64,000 bases of DNA from the human T2T-CHM13v2.0 reference genome, Homo sapiens. Below are positions 59,342 through 64,000 of this stretch, piece after piece; position 1 is the stretch's first letter; the number at the start of each line of letters is the position of its first letter. Made by a program: the position numbers and the translations under genes. The notes beneath the pieces were generated by a model. That model saw only the letters and a program-made list of their open reading frames with translations. It was not told the DNA's origin and did not search any database. The stretch lies in assembly GCF_009914755.1 (NCBI RefSeq), contig NC_060928.1; one strand, written 5' to 3'.

Positions 59342-60091
59342 CATATGTCTTTATAAGGACACTAATCCCATCCATGAGAGCACTGCCCTAATGACCTAAT
59401 CATTTCCTGGAGGCCACACCTCCTAATACCGTCACCTTGGCAGTTAGAATTTCAGCATATTAATGCTGGGGCAACATAAATATTTAATCCATTGCACTTG
59501 TGCATATGATTGAATTGGCAGTTTATCATAATGCATATTTACTGCCTTGTTTTACTTTATCTTTCTTTGTATCTTGTCTCTTCAACTGGACTATGAGCTC
59601 TTGAGAAACGAGTCTAAGTCTGTCACCTGTTTATGCCCCTGACAGTCTCTAGCACAATGTTACACATAGAGACAGCATAATAGATATTTGTTGATTGCCT
59701 GATGTTTGCTCACTGAGTAGTATTACTATCCTCAATTTATCTTTTGGATGCTGAGGTTGAAGGTGACTAAGAGAATTGTACCATTCTTCCGGTGGTTCTA
59801 AATGCATTATTGATTAGTAACAGAATTGACTAGCATAAATGGCAGTTGAGGATTTTCTTCCTCTCTTTTATCTTGTGTCATTTTAGCAGAAAGTGAAGGA
59901 CGATTTCCAAGCCTCCTAAGCTGCATGATAAATAACTGCTGGATAAATTAATATGCTCTTATAGATGAGAACAAAACAAGGGACCAGGTCTGGCTGTCCT
60001 GATTTTGCTTTCCTTGTTCAGCCCACTGACGGGAGTAGCCCTTGCTCTTGGTTCAGGTCCCAGCTCCTCCCTTGCTTGTCTGTAGCTGTGG

Positions 60092-60235
60092 GTGAGTCAT
60101 GGCAACCTTGCTGGCCCTCCCTTTTCCAATTGTAAAAGAGAAATGCGTTGCCACCAGATGATGTCTTAAAGCGCCTCCAACTTCTGGAATGGAAGACCCT
60201 CTGGAAACACAGAGCTGTGTGGTTGCAGGAAATGG
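60092..60235. promoter_or_regulatory. Candidate enhancer or alternative promoter (AP-1, RUNX, ETS, CTCF-like)
   Basis: TGAGTCA ~60093, ccaccagatgatg ~60151, TGTGGTT ~60218, CAGGAAAT ~60226 in unique DNA. Confidence 0.35.
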
Positions 60236-60281
60236 GCTCTTTGCATGATAACTAACTCATCTTCCTCTCTCCCCCAACCAG

Positions 60282-60294
60282 ATTTCCTGCTGAG
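60282..60294 (+). other. Candidate 13-nt microexon ATTTCCTGCTGAG (or 3' end of a first exon)
   Basis: Branch point ACTAAC 60251-60256, polypyrimidine tract, CAG acceptor, donor GAG|GTAAGT. Confidence 0.5.
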
Positions 60295-60719
60295 GTAAGT
60301 AATGTGGAGTGGGTTTTTTGTTCTTTTTCTTCAGCCTTCTGTTCCTTTTGTGTATGTCTGGCCTTGTAAATATGGTGAATAAATGCTATAATTATAACCC
60401 TTTTTGACAGCTCTGTAATTTAATTGTAATTCATTCTGAGCATCTATTTAAGACAATGATGTGTATTGAAGATACAGCTGTTCCAATCTCATCTGCTAAA
60501 CTGACAGGCATCGGTTGGAATCATAGTCCCAGTAACTGTAGGAACTTCCGATCTATTCAAGACCAAATAGAGGGATACACTCTCTGTGGGGTGTGTGTGT
60601 GTGTGACTGTGTTCCATATCCTGGTTTGGCAAAAGTGGTAATGTAGTATTTGGAGAGAAGCGGCATTTAAAATCGGCCTTTGCAAAAATATGAAAATTAT
60701 TCTGAAGTAGAAAATGTCA

Positions 60720-61039
<320 letters not shown>

Positions 61040-61166
61040 AAAATGTCTCAGGTTTACTTTTTGCAGAAAGCTAAGCTGAATATTTTTGATTAACATTCAG
61101 AGGGGTCCCTCTGTAAACCTGGAATTGATTCCTGGTAGCACTGGCTGGGGGTCATTGCTCATCAGA

Positions 61167-62264
61167 TGTCCGAGTTTCCTAGGGATGCCCTAACAAAGTA
61201 CCAAAAACTAGATGGCTTCAACAACAGACATACTGATTATGTAAACCAAGAAGTATCTGAGGCAAGTCTCAATCAATTTAGAAGTTTATTTTGCCAAGGT
61301 TAAGGACATACTCATGACACAGCCTCAGAAGGTCCTGACAACATTTGCCCAAGGTGGTTGGGCTTCAGCTTGGTTTTATACATTTTAGAGAGACATAAGA
61401 TATCAATCAATACATGTAAAAGTACATTGGTTCAGTCCAGAAAGGGGGAGGTGGGGTGGGAGGGGGAGGGATTCCAGGTCCTAGGTGGATTCAAAGATTT
61501 TCTGGTTGGCATTTGGTTGAAAGAGTTTATTAAAGACCTGGAATCAATAGAAGGGAGTGTCTGGGTTAAGATAAGGGGCTGTGGAGACCAAAGTTCTTCT
61601 TATGCAGATGGAGCCTCCAGATAGCAGGCTTCAGAGAGAATAGATTGTAAATGTTTCTTATCAGACTTAAAGAGTCCGTTCTGTCAGTATTAAAGTCTCT
61701 GTTTTAATGTTAATGCTGGTAAGCTGTGCCTGAATTGCAAAGGGAGGAAGGTATAAATAATGAGGCATATTTGACCACCACTTTCCCTCGAGGCCTGAAT
61801 TAGTTTTTCAGATTAACTTTGGAATGCCCTCGGCCAAGAGGAAGGGTTCATTCAGTTGGTTGTGGGAGCTTAGGATTTTATTTTTTGTTTTACAATTGTG
61901 TCACAGCTATGGAGGCTAGAAATCCAAAACCAAAGTGTTGGCAGGGTTGGCTCCTTCTGAGGGCTGTGAGGGAGAATCTTCTTCTTGCCTCTGTCCTGGC
62001 TTCTGGTAGCCTTAGGTGTTCCTCGGCTTGTACATGATGTTGTCCCTGTGTCTTTACGTTGTCTTTCTCTAGGTGTGTCTTTGTCTCCCAATTTCCCCTT
62101 TTTACAAGGACATCAGCCTTATTGGATTAGGGCCACCCTACTGACCCCATTTTAACTTGATTACTTCTAAAAAGACACTGTCTTCAAATAATGTTACATT
62201 CTGAGATAGTAGGGGTGAGGACTTCAAGATACCTTTTGGTGGGGGACACAATTTAATCCCTGTC
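61167..62264 (-). mobile_element. MLT1B/C-like LTR split by a MER4-type LTR
   Basis: ggcttcaacaacagaca resumes after 61894 with tcacagctatggaggctagaaatcc...gggacacaatttaatccc. Confidence 0.8.
61240..61894 (-). mobile_element. MER4-type solo LTR (ERV1)
   Basis: tgtaaaccaagaagtatctgag...gtttattttgccaaggttaaggac...ttttgttttaca. Confidence 0.82.
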
Positions 62265-62291
62265 AAATGTCTGCTTGAATATGAAGGAATT

Positions 62292-62430
62292 TTCTTCTTT
62301 TCTTTTTTTTCAAGTAGAGACAGGGTCTCACTATGTTATCCAGGCTGCTCTCAAACTCCTGGGCTCAAGCAGTCCTCCTGCTTTGGCCTCCTCAAGTGCT
62401 GGGATTACAGGAGTAACCACCTCACCTGGT
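62292..62430 (-). mobile_element. FLAM-like monomer
   Basis: Single antisense arm. Confidence 0.85.
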
Positions 62431-62431
62431 C

Positions 62432-62648
62432 TGCTTTCTTTCCCTCCCTTCCCCTCCCTTTCCATCCCCTCCCTTTCCTTCCCCTGCCTTTCCTTCCCCT
62501 CCCTTTCCTTCCCCTCCCTTATCTTCCCCTCCCCTCCCCTCCCTCATTTCCTTCCCTTCTCCCCGCTTCCCTTGCCTTCTCTTCACTTCTCCCCTCCTTC
62601 CCCTCCCCTCCCTTCCCCTTCCCTTCCCTCTTTTCTTTCTTTTCTTTC
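62432..62648. repeat. C/T-rich polypyrimidine tract ((CCCTT)n-like)
   Basis: ~215 bp of almost pure pyrimidine. Confidence 0.92.
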
Positions 62649-62793
62649 AACAGGCTCTCTCTCTGTCACCCTGGCTGGAGTGCAGTGGCATGATCATAGC
62701 TCATTGTAACCTCAAACACCTGGCCTCAAGCAATTCTCTCGCTTCAGCCCCACAAAGTGTTAGGATTACAGTCATAAGCCACCATGCCCAGCC
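62649..62793 (-). mobile_element. FLAM/FAM-like monomer
   Basis: Single antisense arm whose tail is the CT tract. Confidence 0.8.
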
Positions 62794-63299
62794 TAGAAAT
62801 TTTCTTCCTATGACTGCAAATAATTTCAGTCCCAAAGGCTTTTAGATGATTGCAGGAAGAATCTCACAAGAATTATTTATTTCATAATGATATTGTTCTT
62901 CTCATTTATTTTGGGCTATAACATAGAGCAATACATTTACCATCTTTCTTGCTATTTGGCCAGGTAGTTGCAGAGTAGCCTGTTGTGCCTTTTGACCTTC
63001 AATGCCCTGAATATAGCTTACAGAATGTGAGATGTTATGAAAGAATCTATAATGGGGGACCTCAGAACTTTCTAACTGGTAGATGAATTGAAGATGGACT
63101 CATCTAATTGAAGATGAATAACTTGCCTCTTCCCCAACCCCCAGTTCTCTTCTTACCTTACTTTTACTCCCTGTTGCAAGAGGGAGTTTGAATATAATTC
63201 AAGAAGATGCTCCTAGTAACAGGAAATTCCTTCATTTGAGGATTCTGGTGGGCTAGACCACAGTAGGTTATGAAGCAAATTTGAGAACAGTAAGATTAA

Positions 63300-63675
<376 letters not shown>

Positions 63676-64000
63676 TGAAATCAATATTAGGAAAACATCC
63701 TGGTCAAGGTTATGCAACTCATGTGATCTTGGAGAAGTATATTCACCTTTTGTTTAGTAAGTGTTCATTGTGAGCATTGGGTCACTAGGTGATTTCTCAG
63801 ATACCTTCTAGCTTAAAGTCCCATGATTTCAGGGACAGTTAGACAGTAATGATTTAGGTCAATGCTTAAATGTGTGTGTTTAGTAAGAAGTTGTAAAAGG
63901 TGTTGGGTAAGATATTTAATATAATCTATGAAAACATAAATGACCATTTGGTGCATTCAGGCTTACAGTATAATACTGCAGGCAGATAATATGAAGAAAC

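Noticed and set aside
62275-62709. 144-aa Pro/Ser-rich ORF
   Set aside because: Artefact of the stop-free CT tract between Alu monomers.

Overview
Human (or very close primate) genomic DNA, not prokaryotic. The window holds about 35 Alu/FLAM copies including a human-specific AluYb8, L1 fragments of many ages, MaLR LTRs (THE1/MST/MLT1), MIR/L2, several DNA-transposon relics and a ~7.3 kb nested ERV1 (MER4-group) block at 50.6-57.9 kb. I see no intact protein-coding ORF, tRNA/rRNA, CRISPR array or CpG island. The supplied ORFs are Alu-, L1- or LTR-derived or chance frames. The window reads like large intron(s) of a + strand transcript. It has one strong non-coding exon candidate (23275-23421), a 13-nt microexon or first-exon-end candidate (60282-60294) and weaker candidates (28634-28716, 40365-40448). 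I cannot name the host gene. The most unusual structures are a two-subfamily L1 composite under one TSD with a 5' micro-inversion, a provirus with discordant LTRs and triple nesting, an unexplained 32-bp direct repeat 2.1 kb apart, and a dense PBX-HOX/MEIS motif cluster. I find no support for a wholly new biological system. Repeat subfamily names come from recalled consensus sequences, and boundaries were read by eye and are approximate.
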